From IMG/VR virus record IMGVR_UViG_3300025759_009745: a stretch of 64,000 nucleotides of DNA; one strand, written 5' to 3'. The notes below the pieces were generated by a model that saw nothing but the letters and a program-made list of their open reading frames with translations, was not told where the DNA came from and ran no database searches. The position numbers were made by a program, and so were the translations under genes. This DNA is from an uncultured virus (IMG/VR IMGVR_UViG_3300025759_009745). Taxonomy: Duplodnaviria; Heunggongvirae; Uroviricota; Caudoviricetes. The stretch's first letter is position 1; every line of letters begins with the position of its first letter. Positions 51,301 to 60,012 of the stretch are shown piece after piece.

Positions 51301-54300
51301 GCAGAAACCAACTTATTTTCTAGGTCAATTCTTTTCTTGATTAATGGGTTTAATTGTTCTTGAAGTTTACCTATTTCAGTAAAGTTTGCAAGTTGTTTTT
51401 TAGCTGACTCTCCCAGTGGTCCAAGTATTTTTTCTAATAATCCCTCTAAATTACCACTTGTAATAAGTGATCTTACTTCGTCATCAATTTCTAAACCACG
51501 GATATTATCTTCAAGTCTTCTTCTTAAATCACTGCCCTCTGGCACTGACTGTAAAAGTTGATTACTTAGTGCGTCTCGAATTTGTTGGGGGTTAGTATTT
51601 AAATTAGCAGTCAACTCATCTTTTATTCCTGATAATAGTTCAGGACCGGCTCTTTGTAAATCATTTAAAGCCTTTATAGTCTCACTAAGTTGGTTGACCT
51701 GTTTTGGATCACCCCCAAATTTTATAAACTGAGCTTCAAGGTCGGATAAGGATTTGTCTATTGAAGATTGGTCAATACCTGCGCCTGCTGAAGTTATTGC
51801 AGCTTCCAGTGTACTAGCAGACAAAGCGAGACTGTTAAATCCTGGCTCAAACGTAGCTAAAGAATTTTTTACAGCAAGGCTTGTAGCCCCAATAGAAGAT
51901 GAAACATCGCGTAATCCAAAGTTTAAAGATTTTATAAAGTCGGCGTTTCTCTGTGCCGCATTAGCCATGTTGTTTAGTTTTGTTCTGGCGTTTTCTATAT
52001 CCTTTTCGTCTAAAGACTCTCTAGCCCCTTCTGGTATTAATTGGTTTATAAGATCATCTACATCAACGGGTTCACCTCTTGCTATACGTTCGTTTATAGC
52101 CTTTCTAATTATATCAGAAGATACACCTTTCTTAAATGCGTCTGTAACTATCTTTGTTCTTTGTTCTTCTATCTTTTTATTACTTTCTTTTAACTGACTA
52201 GTTTTTTCTACGTCTTCACCAAAGAAGCCCAAAACTCCCCTACCTTCTTGTGCCTTTATCTCCGCCTTATTGAGTGTTTCTTTAGACTGTAATAGTGCTA
52301 ATTCTTCTTTCAGTCCCCCAGATAGTGCGGAAATTGCTTCTTCTAGCGTAGCGCCCCCTTCTGCAAATGCCTCAAGTGTTTGAGCAGACTTTTTAGTTGC
52401 TTTTTGTAGTTCTTTTTCTATTTTTACTCTATTTGCCGCTTCTCTGGATTGAATGCTAATAAGCTCTCTAGTGTTTCCAGTGAATGGTGCAATTACATTG
52501 TCCCTAAGATCATCACCGAATGAATCAAGAGCGCCCGTTTCTTTAGCAATCAATCCGCCAACACCACCAATAACGGCTCCAATGGCGGTTCCAATTCCGG
52601 GTGCTATAAGACTACCTATAGCGGCGCCAGCACCAGCGAATCCCGCTGCTACTGTTCCAGCATCTTTTGCTGTTTGTTGAGAAGCGGCAGCCTTTGCGGC
52701 ATCATCGGGACTACCAGCCTGTATAGCGTCTTCTACAGCTTTCGCTCTACCAGCAAGAGCATCAAAAGAATTTGATACTAATTTAGTAGCGGCGGCGACA
52801 GCTACAAATGGGCCAAGCGCTCTAGATGCAACTGTTGTAACTTTAGAAAGAGCCTTGCCAAACCTCACAGCACCCCTAGCAGAAACTCCCGGTATTGCTC
52901 CTGCAACCTTTCGTCCAAATTTCTGAGTCCCAACTTGACCGCGACGGCCCAAGCCAGTAAGAAGCGAACCTTGGTCCCCTGATGCTAAAAGCTTTATATT
53001 AAATGCCTCTAACGCTGCTATTGAAGCACTAACCGTTGTAATGGAATCAAGTATAGAATTTTGAAATCTACCCATTGCGCTTGAAGCGTCTTCTGATCTG
53101 GGTATAAAAGAAGTAGCCACACTTAGTGCGGCAAAAACATCGGCCTTTGACCTTTCTTCTGTTGCTTGTCTTCCGTTCTCATTAGCATCTGCCGCATCGT
53201 TTGCGGCAGCATCTAATCTCTCAAGACCGCCAGTGGGGATAGGAAAACTTCTAGGTGAATCTCCCCCAAAATTATTTATATCGCTCAAGTCTACACCGCT
53301 AGGACCAGTACCTGCGTTGTATCTCGCAACTTGAACGGCACCGCCAGCGGCAAACCCCTGAACCCCTTTCTTGTTCATTCTATCAAGATTTCCGTAGCCA
53401 ATTCTTTGCGAAGCTTCTTTACTAAAAACAAACTCACCAGGGGTCAACAGTGCTGGAACTGTATCGGACGGGGCAGGACCACCAGCATTTCTCCTGGCTG
53501 GAAAACCTCGCCCAACAGCTTTGTCGGCCTGTCTTTGTTTTTCATCTTTAACTTCTCTAGCAGTCCTGTCTTTATCTTTGCCAGCTTTGCCGGGATAGTC
53601 CGCATTTAAGATACCATCTCTAATAAGTTCTATTTTTATTTGATCTAGAATTTTACCTTTTAAATTAGCATCTGAAGCCGCCGCAGCACTTGTTTTAAGA
53701 TCAATAAACTTATCAGGAAGACCTTTGAAATTATCCTTTAAAACAGAAGGCAAGCCCTGTTCTGCGTCAAATGGTCTATTGGGATTATTATCTGGTTTAT
53801 CATAATTACCCTGTCTCTTAATACTATCTACAGTAGTTTCAAAAAGCCTACCAAATACTTGAGTATTAATGCCTTTTACAAAGTTAGTGGCTTGACTTTG
53901 ATCAATTTTCGCATTAGGTGTTCCAAGATCATTAGCAAGAATACTAGCAGAAGTATTAACACCACTAATCAACCCATCTTCCAATGCAACCTTAAACTTA
54001 TCAGAAGTCTCTTTATTTAATCCTGATTTAGTTACATCAAAACTTGTAGACTTATAAAATTTAGAAACAGGGTCTTTGCCCTTGGCTAATTTACTAAACT
54101 CAGAAAATTTCTTCTTTACATCTTCTACACCTATTGAAACACTCTTGCTTGAAGCTGGCTCTGGATCAAGTATAGCTGCACCAGCAGCTTTTTGGTCAAC
54201 GATACCGCCTGCGGCGAATTTTTGAATTAGACCACCGAAGAAATTTTTAGATCTGTCGAATTTAAGCCTGTTGTCAAATTTACCTATACCGTTTTTATAA

Positions 54301-56399
54301 TCTACAGCCTTTTTGATTATTTGCCCTGGGTTTACAAATGTATTTTTGGCATCTAAAAGTTCTGCTATCGGATCTGCATCTGCAAACTTTGAAATTTGTT
54401 TTGATTTTTTTTCTCCTATAAAGTCAAACGGATTTTTATCTCCCGAAGCTTTACCCGCTACGGCAGAAGCAAAAGATTCAAACAAGAAACCAGATATACT
54501 ATCTACAGCCTTTTTGTCATCAGCAACTTTGCTCTTAGTCTTTAAATCAAAAGCCTTGCTTGCGGCGGAATCAAGTACAGGCTGAACTTTATTCAAAGAC
54601 TTAGAAACAGTTTCTTCAAATCCAACGTCTTTTGGGGCTAATACATTTTTATCAACATTTGCCCTAACAACAACCTTAGTATTTGGTTTTTCACCTTTTC
54701 TTAGTCGAATTCCTAACTTACTTAAAGTTGTTTCATATTTTCCATCGGTAGAGACGCCGGGAGTACCGCCTGGAGCAATTTGACCAATAATAGGATTAGA
54801 TGGAGAGTCTCCCTTTATTTTAACAGTTTCGCCCTGCTGAATATCTTTTTTTTGAGCGCCTTTCTTCTTAGTTCCTTTTCGATATCTTGCTACACCGCCC
54901 CTGTTCATCCTAGCGAGATTTTCAGCACCAATACTCTCAACACTACTCTTTCGTATAACAAACTCACCGGGGGTGAGCATAGCAGGCACGGTATCTCTAT
55001 TGCCAGTGCCGGGAACCATACCCCCTGTAGCAAAAGCCTGTATCGGACCACCCTGGTTTCTTCGTTGACCAGTAAATCCAGCCGTAAAGTTTCTACCAAA
55101 TCCAGCAAGACCTCTAACCGCACTAAAAGCGCCAATAGCGCCAATTAAGGGTAATATTGGCTTGATTGCATCAGCAAGATCTATAAAGCTATCAGCTAGT
55201 TTTAATACAGTTCTGATAGAAGTTTGAAAAGTTCCTGTGTCTGCTATAGATCTAATTAGTGCTAAAAACTTCTCTCTTGTTTTTTCAAGCTGATTTGACA
55301 ATGACTGTTGAGCAGTAATAGCGTCTCTATCTAAAGAGGTTCCGCCTTCTATCGCAGCTTGCCTAGCGCGCTCTGCTGTTTCAAATTGCTGAATAAGAGG
55401 AATAACCTTACCGATTTGCCTAAAACCACCAAGTTCTTCGGCAATTCGGACAAATTGAATATCACCTTCTTCTAGTCCAGCCAAAGCCTGACTTAATTGT
55501 TTAACAGCCTCAAAGGGGCCAATAAATTTCCCGTTTAAATCAGTAAGCTCAACACCAAACTGCTTCAAAAACTCAATTGTTTTGGGGCGTTGAATACGAG
55601 TAAAGATAGTACGCAAGCCTGTCGCTATACTTTCTGCACTCTCTCGCGTGGTTGCACGAACACTTGTGAACAAAGCTAGCAATTCATTAAGATCACCACC
55701 GGCAGATTTAAAGACACCACCAGTACGACGAACAGCAGAAATTAAGTCTCCAGACTCGACGGCGAATTGACCGGCAACAGCATTGATAGCACCAAGCTGT
55801 TCAGACAAAGCGCCAACACCTCTTTCAAACTGACTCAGAATAGCGACTGCGCCTTCCGCAGTTTTTTCTATGTCTTCAAACGTAGGAGCAAGAGTAGTTT
55901 TAGCAAGAGCATCTAAGGCCACATCTAACCTACCAGCTTCAATACCCGCCTGTGCAAGAATTCTAGTAGCAGATAATAGATTTTTAGAGGATGTACCAAG
56001 AGATGTTGAGAGGCTAGTTATAGTGTTTTCAAGACCTTGTAACTCTGAAAGAGTTTTACCACTAACTTGAGAAATTTTAATCAACTCTTTCTCAAATTCA
56101 ATAGCTTCTTCGGTAGCTTTACCCAAAGTGTTTGTAAATAAACTTACAGTCCTAGTAGCAATAGCGAAAGCGGTAAATCTTCTTACAGAAATACCTAAGT
56201 TTTTAACTAAGCTAGAAGTTAAATTGTTTGTTTCATCTAATCTTCTATTGATTTCTCCTATCTGCCTAGCTGATCGCCTACCATTGACAATTGATACATC
56301 AATATCAATACCATTCAATTGCCTTCGTAAGTCATTTATGGTACGCCCAAGATTAGGTGCTTGAAGATCTAACTCAGCAGTTAATTCAAATCTCGCCAT
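48306..56399 (-). CDS. Phage tail tape measure protein (TP901-family N-terminal core, modular C-terminal part)
   Basis: EFEKELIKISQVSG, LAQAG, INAVAGQFAVESGDL, ESAESIATGLRTIFTRI; Gly/Ala-rich hydrophobic helices; four DTVPA(M/L)LTPGE(F/Y)V motifs. Confidence 0.92.
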   Translation of the reverse strand: MARFELTAELDLQAPNLGRTINDLRRQLNGIDIDVSIVNGRRSARQIGEINRRLDETNNLTSSLVKNLGISVRRFTAFAIATRTVSLFTNTLGKATEEAIEFEKELIKISQVSGKTLSELQGLENTITSLSTSLGTSSKNLLSATRILAQAGIEAGRLDVALDALAKTTLAPTFEDIEKTAEGAVAILSQFERGVGALSEQLGAINAVAGQFAVESGDLISAVRRTGGVFKSAGGDLNELLALFTSVRATTRESAESIATGLRTIFTRIQRPKTIEFLKQFGVELTDLNGKFIGPFEAVKQLSQALAGLEEGDIQFVRIAEELGGFRQIGKVIPLIQQFETAERARQAAIEGGTSLDRDAITAQQSLSNQLEKTREKFLALIRSIADTGTFQTSIRTVLKLADSFIDLADAIKPILPLIGAIGAFSAVRGLAGFGRNFTAGFTGQRRNQGGPIQAFATGGMVPGTGNRDTVPAMLTPGEFVIRKSSVESIGAENLARMNRGGVARYRKGTKKKGAQKKDIQQGETVKIKGDSPSNPIIGQIAPGGTPGVSTDGKYETTLSKLGIRLRKGEKPNTKVVVRANVDKNVLAPKDVGFEETVSKSLNKVQPVLDSAASKAFDLKTKSKVADDKKAVDSISGFLFESFASAVAGKASGDKNPFDFIGEKKSKQISKFADADPIAELLDAKNTFVNPGQIIKKAVDYKNGIGKFDNRLKFDRSKNFFGGLIQKFAAGGIVDQKAAGAAILDPEPASSKSVSIGVEDVKKKFSEFSKLAKGKDPVSKFYKSTSFDVTKSGLNKETSDKFKVALEDGLISGVNTSASILANDLGTPNAKIDQSQATNFVKGINTQVFGRLFETTVDSIKRQGNYDKPDNNPNRPFDAEQGLPSVLKDNFKGLPDKFIDLKTSAAAASDANLKGKILDQIKIELIRDGILNADYPGKAGKDKDRTAREVKDEKQRQADKAVGRGFPARRNAGGPAPSDTVPALLTPGEFVFSKEASQRIGYGNLDRMNKKGVQGFAAGGAVQVARYNAGTGPSGVDLSDINNFGGDSPRSFPIPTGGLERLDAAANDAADANENGRQATEERSKADVFAALSVATSFIPRSEDASSAMGRFQNSILDSITTVSASIAALEAFNIKLLASGDQGSLLTGLGRRGQVGTQKFGRKVAGAIPGVSARGAVRFGKALSKVTTVASRALGPFVAVAAATKLVSNSFDALAGRAKAVEDAIQAGSPDDAAKAAASQQTAKDAGTVAAGFAGAGAAIGSLIAPGIGTAIGAVIGGVGGLIAKETGALDSFGDDLRDNVIAPFTGNTRELISIQSREAANRVKIEKELQKATKKSAQTLEAFAEGGATLEEAISALSGGLKEELALLQSKETLNKAEIKAQEGRGVLGFFGEDVEKTSQLKESNKKIEEQRTKIVTDAFKKGVSSDIIRKAINERIARGEPVDVDDLINQLIPEGARESLDEKDIENARTKLNNMANAAQRNADFIKSLNFGLRDVSSSIGATSLAVKNSLATFEPGFNSLALSASTLEAAITSAGAGIDQSSIDKSLSDLEAQFIKFGGDPKQVNQLSETIKALNDLQRAGPELLSGIKDELTANLNTNPQQIRDALSNQLLQSVPEGSDLRRRLEDNIRGLEIDDEVRSLITSGNLEGLLEKILGPLGESAKKQLANFTEIGKLQEQLNPLIKKRIDLENKLVSAQKQSLDIQLEAAKAIESFGGATVTSGDKLSILDKKLELDLGNAGFGGAIGSSPKDLIRVNQELKNAYEKAVNSSREGQGGLESQAQAKNIESAQESLLDNLRGRIKLAQQEIDIAKKKNELEKSALQKLIEGDAIGFFEEQQVASASRALSRGDERSIRQFTQDVIGKAFAKLQSDDTLSDRDRRRAARSALPFGFQSQRNIGILSETTPELRRLKDAGIEAAEALSLIGESLSDFREADIGVVKGDIKKVEGIIQDPTRQQTTTTGNTPPAQLAKGGVVYANEGAFIPKGTDTVPAMLTPGEYVVNSKAVQSGNNLSLLQSMNSGKTVYANMGGFIPDVVSLAGLKPADVLGVAGAYYSLGLYQPSSDRTPTAQQKANQKQAEEEIQKEIAQQEKIAADKKRKAAEREAARKKIVELYNIYNRIRGVVNYAAERVSDNLEYYREQAAIRREQADIREADQKKLDRYKLDVQTYNEQKKAYEKDQAKRRKFGLGQDDNGKEIFEIKRPNIAAYRDPRDKKPYKITLDSISIFSDSPDSALIPYGAKVEDNRSKEEKLAIKNNLELGNAYKKGTFDEEEFNQRKSKGGFKSISSYEEYLKLREIPFRENRSRYLQRQQAKINETKDSFYDESARRYDSAERKLKISRAKDEQRLQVAIAAGNTKQVERLERKIAKDQEKFNSRYGRANNKSEYMTLVQDNVNNERERRLVNPTVGLDQRVGVRDFSGYNDALVEDRIYTQQLVNKPDQVREPQLALKSGTTKGGYFNEQEQSIRNMEDRGDIPREYGPVEDTEQRKRSGAGSGIGIFFSKGGPVYASRGQLIPKSIFQPRGTDTVPAMLTPGEFVVNRQAVRAGNNLAVLQEMNSRPAAPVTPTATMSRGGQVGNTQYLQNGGEVSGGAQDNSYLKSLESQLATLAQKLESGFSTFGQHVESFQSATNTEMMVNVNQTGSMRVEAGSTLSNSLMKNSKDIAMSSVNGQIDRASIGLDGKMRTTNSVLG

Positions 56400-56416
56400 T
56401 TTATCTCTCTGTTAAG

Positions 56417-57295
56417 TTAAGCCACACTATCCGTTTTGCTATCTGTAGACTTTGTTGTTCTTTTAGTTACTTTTTTGGTGGTTTTTTTCTTAACGGGTTT
56501 TGCTTTTTCTTCTACATATTCTATAACAAGTTTATAGTTACCATCTTCGTCTAGAGGATTACCATCAATATCAATTCTGTTCCCCTGCTCGTCAATATAA
56601 TGACCTTTTTCGTTAATAAGTCTTCCTTCTAGGTCAACTAGTTTGTCATCTTTATTGACTAAACTCCCCTTATCATTTACTAAATTGAATTTTTTAAGCC
56701 ATCTATTTTCAGGTAATGATTCTTGACTTTTAGGATCATATCCATACATTATATTTGCCAACTCAGAAGCTGCTGAGTAAGCAATTTCATCAGCGGCTTT
56801 TTGATTATATTCTTCTATTGTATTATACACCTTTTGTCCGTTTTCATAAAAGGTACAGCTAGCTACCAAATAATCAAACCTAGCATTATCAGCAAGAGCT
56901 TCTGCGGTGTTTTGCTCTATACTGCTTCTTTCTAAATATATTTGCCTGAGTTCATTCCTTAAAACCCTCATTTTAATTGCAATATTTTTACCTTCTTCTA
57001 TTAAGAATTTCTTTTTTTCTCTTTTTGAGTCTCCAATGTAGAGTCTTTTTTCTAAAATTCCTAATTCTTCAATTATGTCAGTTTCCCTTTCTACCGATTC
57101 AATCGTCCAGACTCCTTTCTCGACCATGAATTTAGCTAATTGTTCTTTTGTTTTAATGCCTTGGTCAATGCATTCTGTCCAGACCTTGGCTCTATACATG
57201 TCTGCTTTTCCGACAACTTCAGACGGCGGCTTGGTAATGTAAATTTTAACTACTTTTCCATCTTCCGTCTTAACTTCTATGTTTCTTTTAGTCAT
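56417..57295 (-). CDS. Putative tail assembly chaperone
   Basis: Immediately upstream of tape measure; charged/helical; short D.EG/D.DG repeats and Lys-rich tail. Confidence 0.5.
   Translation of the reverse strand: MTKRNIEVKTEDGKVVKIYITKPPSEVVGKADMYRAKVWTECIDQGIKTKEQLAKFMVEKGVWTIESVERETDIIEELGILEKRLYIGDSKREKKKFLIEEGKNIAIKMRVLRNELRQIYLERSSIEQNTAEALADNARFDYLVASCTFYENGQKVYNTIEEYNQKAADEIAYSAASELANIMYGYDPKSQESLPENRWLKKFNLVNDKGSLVNKDDKLVDLEGRLINEKGHYIDEQGNRIDIDGNPLDEDGNYKLVIEYVEEKAKPVKKKTTKKVTKRTTKSTDSKTDSVA
56821..56830 (-). promoter_or_regulatory. Putative internal late promoter GTGTATAATA
   Basis: Inside the 292-aa gene, ~420 nt upstream of the tape measure start. Confidence 0.4.
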
Positions 57296-57654
57296 TCTTT
57301 TTCCTCTTTCTTAACCGGGATACTAACATTATATCTTAACCATTTTATTTCATACTGAGATATCTCAGCGTCAATGTTCTTAGCCTGTGCATTTCCTTTA
57401 TCTAATATTTCCTGTCTAGCTTTTTGGTAAATATCATACATCACTTTTTGTTCAGGTGTTATACTTTCTGGGTCATCACTATCCCATAAAAAACCAAAAT
57501 GTTTTTCGATTGTGCTTAAAGACCCTATCATAGTAGTGATAACTTTTTTCTTTAGGATCTTAGAAAGTCTTTCTTTCGAGTCGAAGCGATATTTATCTTC
57601 TTTTACTTTCTTGTACTCAGCGTGCTGTCTTATTAAAGAATTATAATTTTCCAT
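57292..57654 (-). CDS. Hypothetical protein (tail chaperone region)
   Basis: 120 aa helical ORF, RBS AGGAG, ATGA overlap with the next gene. Confidence 0.55.
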   Translation of the reverse strand: MENYNSLIRQHAEYKKVKEDKYRFDSKERLSKILKKKVITTMIGSLSTIEKHFGFLWDSDDPESITPEQKVMYDIYQKARQEILDKGNAQAKNIDAEISQYEIKWLRYNVSIPVKKEEKE

Positions 57655-57655
57655 T

Positions 57656-58693
57656 TTATCTCCTAAGTCTAGTTCTTATTCCTTCTGTGGCCTGTGTTTT
57701 TAGTTTCAACTGCTCATCTTCAAAATCAATTTGATTTAGCTGACCGGCTTTTTTGAGTTTGTTAAACCTTTGACGTTTAACGAATTGTGCCCCCTGATTG
57801 TTTATAGAATCAATTTTCATTGCTTCTTCTCGATCAGAGGCCATTAAAAATACTTCTTGTTTGCTAGATATCTCTGAATTTAAATTTTGTTCCATATCAG
57901 ATTCCTTTTTTTCTTGTTCTCTTTTTTTCCTTTGTAGTATAAACCACCCGTCTAAAACGTCGTCATCATTTATCACGCTATCGTCTGGACACTCAGAAGA
58001 ATCGTGAATATTGTCATACATTTTTGACCACATGAAAATATTTTTTTGGTCAACTGAAAGCTCTCTACCTTTGTTTGGAAATAGTTTATTAATATCTTTA
58101 TCACAGTAGTTCCAAAAATTAACCCAAGGGTCAGTTCTTGAAAGTTCTCTTATGTTTTTTTCACTTAAAAAACTACTGAAATATCTTTCTGCTATGTGGT
58201 CAACAGATAATTCTTTGAAGTCATATTTTTGATTATCAACGTAAGTGCATCTTCTAATCATTTCATAAGTTTTAAATGTCGTCGCAATCCCTTCAGCAGT
58301 AGTAGAGAAATAAGTATTTTTTTCTTCCAGAAGCTTAGATAGCGCCTGTTCTGATGTTCTTAAAAGCCTCCTACCGCCTTCTCTGATATCTTCTTTATTT
58401 CTCATTTCAAACATTTTTAGTTTTATTTTTTCAACATTTTCCTCTATCTCTTTAATCTTTTTATCTTTCTCTTTGCCCCAAACCCCCTGTTCTGTCATCC
58501 ATTTTAAATTTTCTTCCATTGTCATGCAGCCATTATCTATGGACTCTTTGTAAGCTTCCATATAGGCAATGTTTATTTCTAATTCATCATCAACAGTGGG
58601 TGTTAATACACTTAGCTTTATGTTATTTTCTTTTACAATAGTCTTCCCAGATCTTATCCTAGATATAAAATACTCCCGTTCATGCTGTTTCAT
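57656..58693 (-). CDS. Putative tail assembly chaperone-like protein
   Basis: 345 aa, charged helical, directly downstream of tail tube gene. Confidence 0.45.
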   Translation of the reverse strand: MKQHEREYFISRIRSGKTIVKENNIKLSVLTPTVDDELEINIAYMEAYKESIDNGCMTMEENLKWMTEQGVWGKEKDKKIKEIEENVEKIKLKMFEMRNKEDIREGGRRLLRTSEQALSKLLEEKNTYFSTTAEGIATTFKTYEMIRRCTYVDNQKYDFKELSVDHIAERYFSSFLSEKNIRELSRTDPWVNFWNYCDKDINKLFPNKGRELSVDQKNIFMWSKMYDNIHDSSECPDDSVINDDDVLDGWFILQRKKREQEKKESDMEQNLNSEISSKQEVFLMASDREEAMKIDSINNQGAQFVKRQRFNKLKKAGQLNQIDFEDEQLKLKTQATEGIRTRLRR

Positions 58694-58714
58694 TTAAAAC
58701 CTCATGACGGGAGT
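58672..58714 (-). promoter_or_regulatory. RNA hairpin covering the RBS and start codon of the 345-aa gene
   Basis: - strand ACUCCCGUCAUG-AG-GUUUU-AAAU-GAAAC-AG-CAUG-A-ACGGGAGU encloses GAGG and the AUG at 58693. Confidence 0.6.
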
Positions 58715-58792
58715 GTATATATGCATTTTATCCTTCCTAATATCCACAAAACTCGCTATCCTAAAAAGCTATCGCCGTTGTGGTATAATATT

Positions 58793-59956
58793 CTAATTAA
58801 GTACCTGCTTTGCCCAAAGTGTACTAGCAGTTCCGCCTTGACCCATAACACCACTGTTGTTATGACCAAGTTGTTTAACTTCCAAATCGTTAAAGTTAGA
58901 GTAACTGTAGGAGTTAGAGACATTACCACCGGTAGCATCACCCCCGCCATAACTAATACTTGATAATCTATTTTTTGTTCCTAGGTCGAAGGACATACCC
59001 CCGCGCAAAGCGAAGTATATAGTTTCTTCTCCGGTGTTGTTACCGGATGCATTCGTGTTGAACAAGTCTGGATCACCACTTTCTAAGCCTTGAACAAAAT
59101 CACCAGAAGTAGAAATAGCTTCAATCTCACAGGTAACTTCGACTGGGAATGCAGCAGGACGGAAGTAAGGTGTTTTCCTACCAAGCTCAAATATATCTTC
59201 ACGACTAAAGTCAGTGCTAATATTGACACTTTGAAGGTGAACAAGAAGACCGCTTGCCTGCTGATTATCTTCTGCATTTATGTCTCCATAAGCATTTCCA
59301 GGGTTCGATCCAACAACCCCATAAATACCTTGCGGTAGAATGCTATAATCCATTCTAACATCTTCTCGTCTTTGAACACCACCACTACCTGGGGCGAGGG
59401 CAAATGGAGAATCAGTTCCATCAAAAGCATCAACGTCTGCGTCCGCCATGCTAACGGCATTACCAGTCAACCACTGCTTATTGTTACCGACTAATGTTAA
59501 GCTCTCTGTGCAATTGCCATCAACTGGAAAAGTATAAGATACATTTGAAATGTACATGCCTGAGCAGTAAACTTCAACTTCTGACTTTCCGGTTGAAGCA
59601 GAAGCTATATTATCAGAAGCTTCGTCAAAAATGCCCAGTCTTAAATCGCACTGTTCCTTGGATCTTGCAACTAGACCGCTGTTTGGAGTTCCAGTCACGC
59701 CGGTGCTTGCCATTAAGTACATAAGCGGATAGCCATCTAGAACCTTTTCTAGAGTCACCTCTACGTCTGGAGTACCTTCAATGTTCTCATAAATTTCAAT
59801 TTGTCCCAGTTCAAAGATTTGTTCTAGGTTAAAGTTTGTAGTTACACCTACACTCTGAACACCATGAACCATGTCTGCAGCAGCTATATTTGTCTTTCCG
59901 ACAGGAGCTATCGAAACCCCCTGACACGAATATATAATTCTATTATTGGATGACAT
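58793..59956 (-). CDS. Major tail (tube) protein
   Basis: GVQSVGVTTNFNLEQIFELGQ..IYENIEG.PDVEVTLEK and a second LQSVNISTDFSREDIFELG repeat; position between neck genes and chaperones/TMP; strong RBS. Confidence 0.7.
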   Translation of the reverse strand: MSSNNRIIYSCQGVSIAPVGKTNIAAADMVHGVQSVGVTTNFNLEQIFELGQIEIYENIEGTPDVEVTLEKVLDGYPLMYLMASTGVTGTPNSGLVARSKEQCDLRLGIFDEASDNIASASTGKSEVEVYCSGMYISNVSYTFPVDGNCTESLTLVGNNKQWLTGNAVSMADADVDAFDGTDSPFALAPGSGGVQRREDVRMDYSILPQGIYGVVGSNPGNAYGDINAEDNQQASGLLVHLQSVNISTDFSREDIFELGRKTPYFRPAAFPVEVTCEIEAISTSGDFVQGLESGDPDLFNTNASGNNTGEETIYFALRGGMSFDLGTKNRLSSISYGGGDATGGNVSNSYSYSNFNDLEVKQLGHNNSGVMGQGGTASTLWAKQVLN

Positions 59957-59993
59957 TGTTGTTTTCTCCTTAACTATTGTAGAATTGCTGTAT

Positions 59994-60003
59994 TATTATA
60001 CAC
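59994..60003 (-). promoter_or_regulatory. Putative late promoter GTGTATAATA
   Basis: Intergenic, ~38 nt upstream of the tail tube ATG; T-tract upstream as at 22279. Confidence 0.6.
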
Positions 60004-60012
60004 AAAAAATGA

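Noticed and set aside
57292..57940. Programmed -1 frameshift in the tail chaperone region (A-runs near 57922-57928 and 57298-57302)
   Set aside because: The runs do not form an in-frame XXXYYYZ heptamer, and the downstream ORFs have their own starts.
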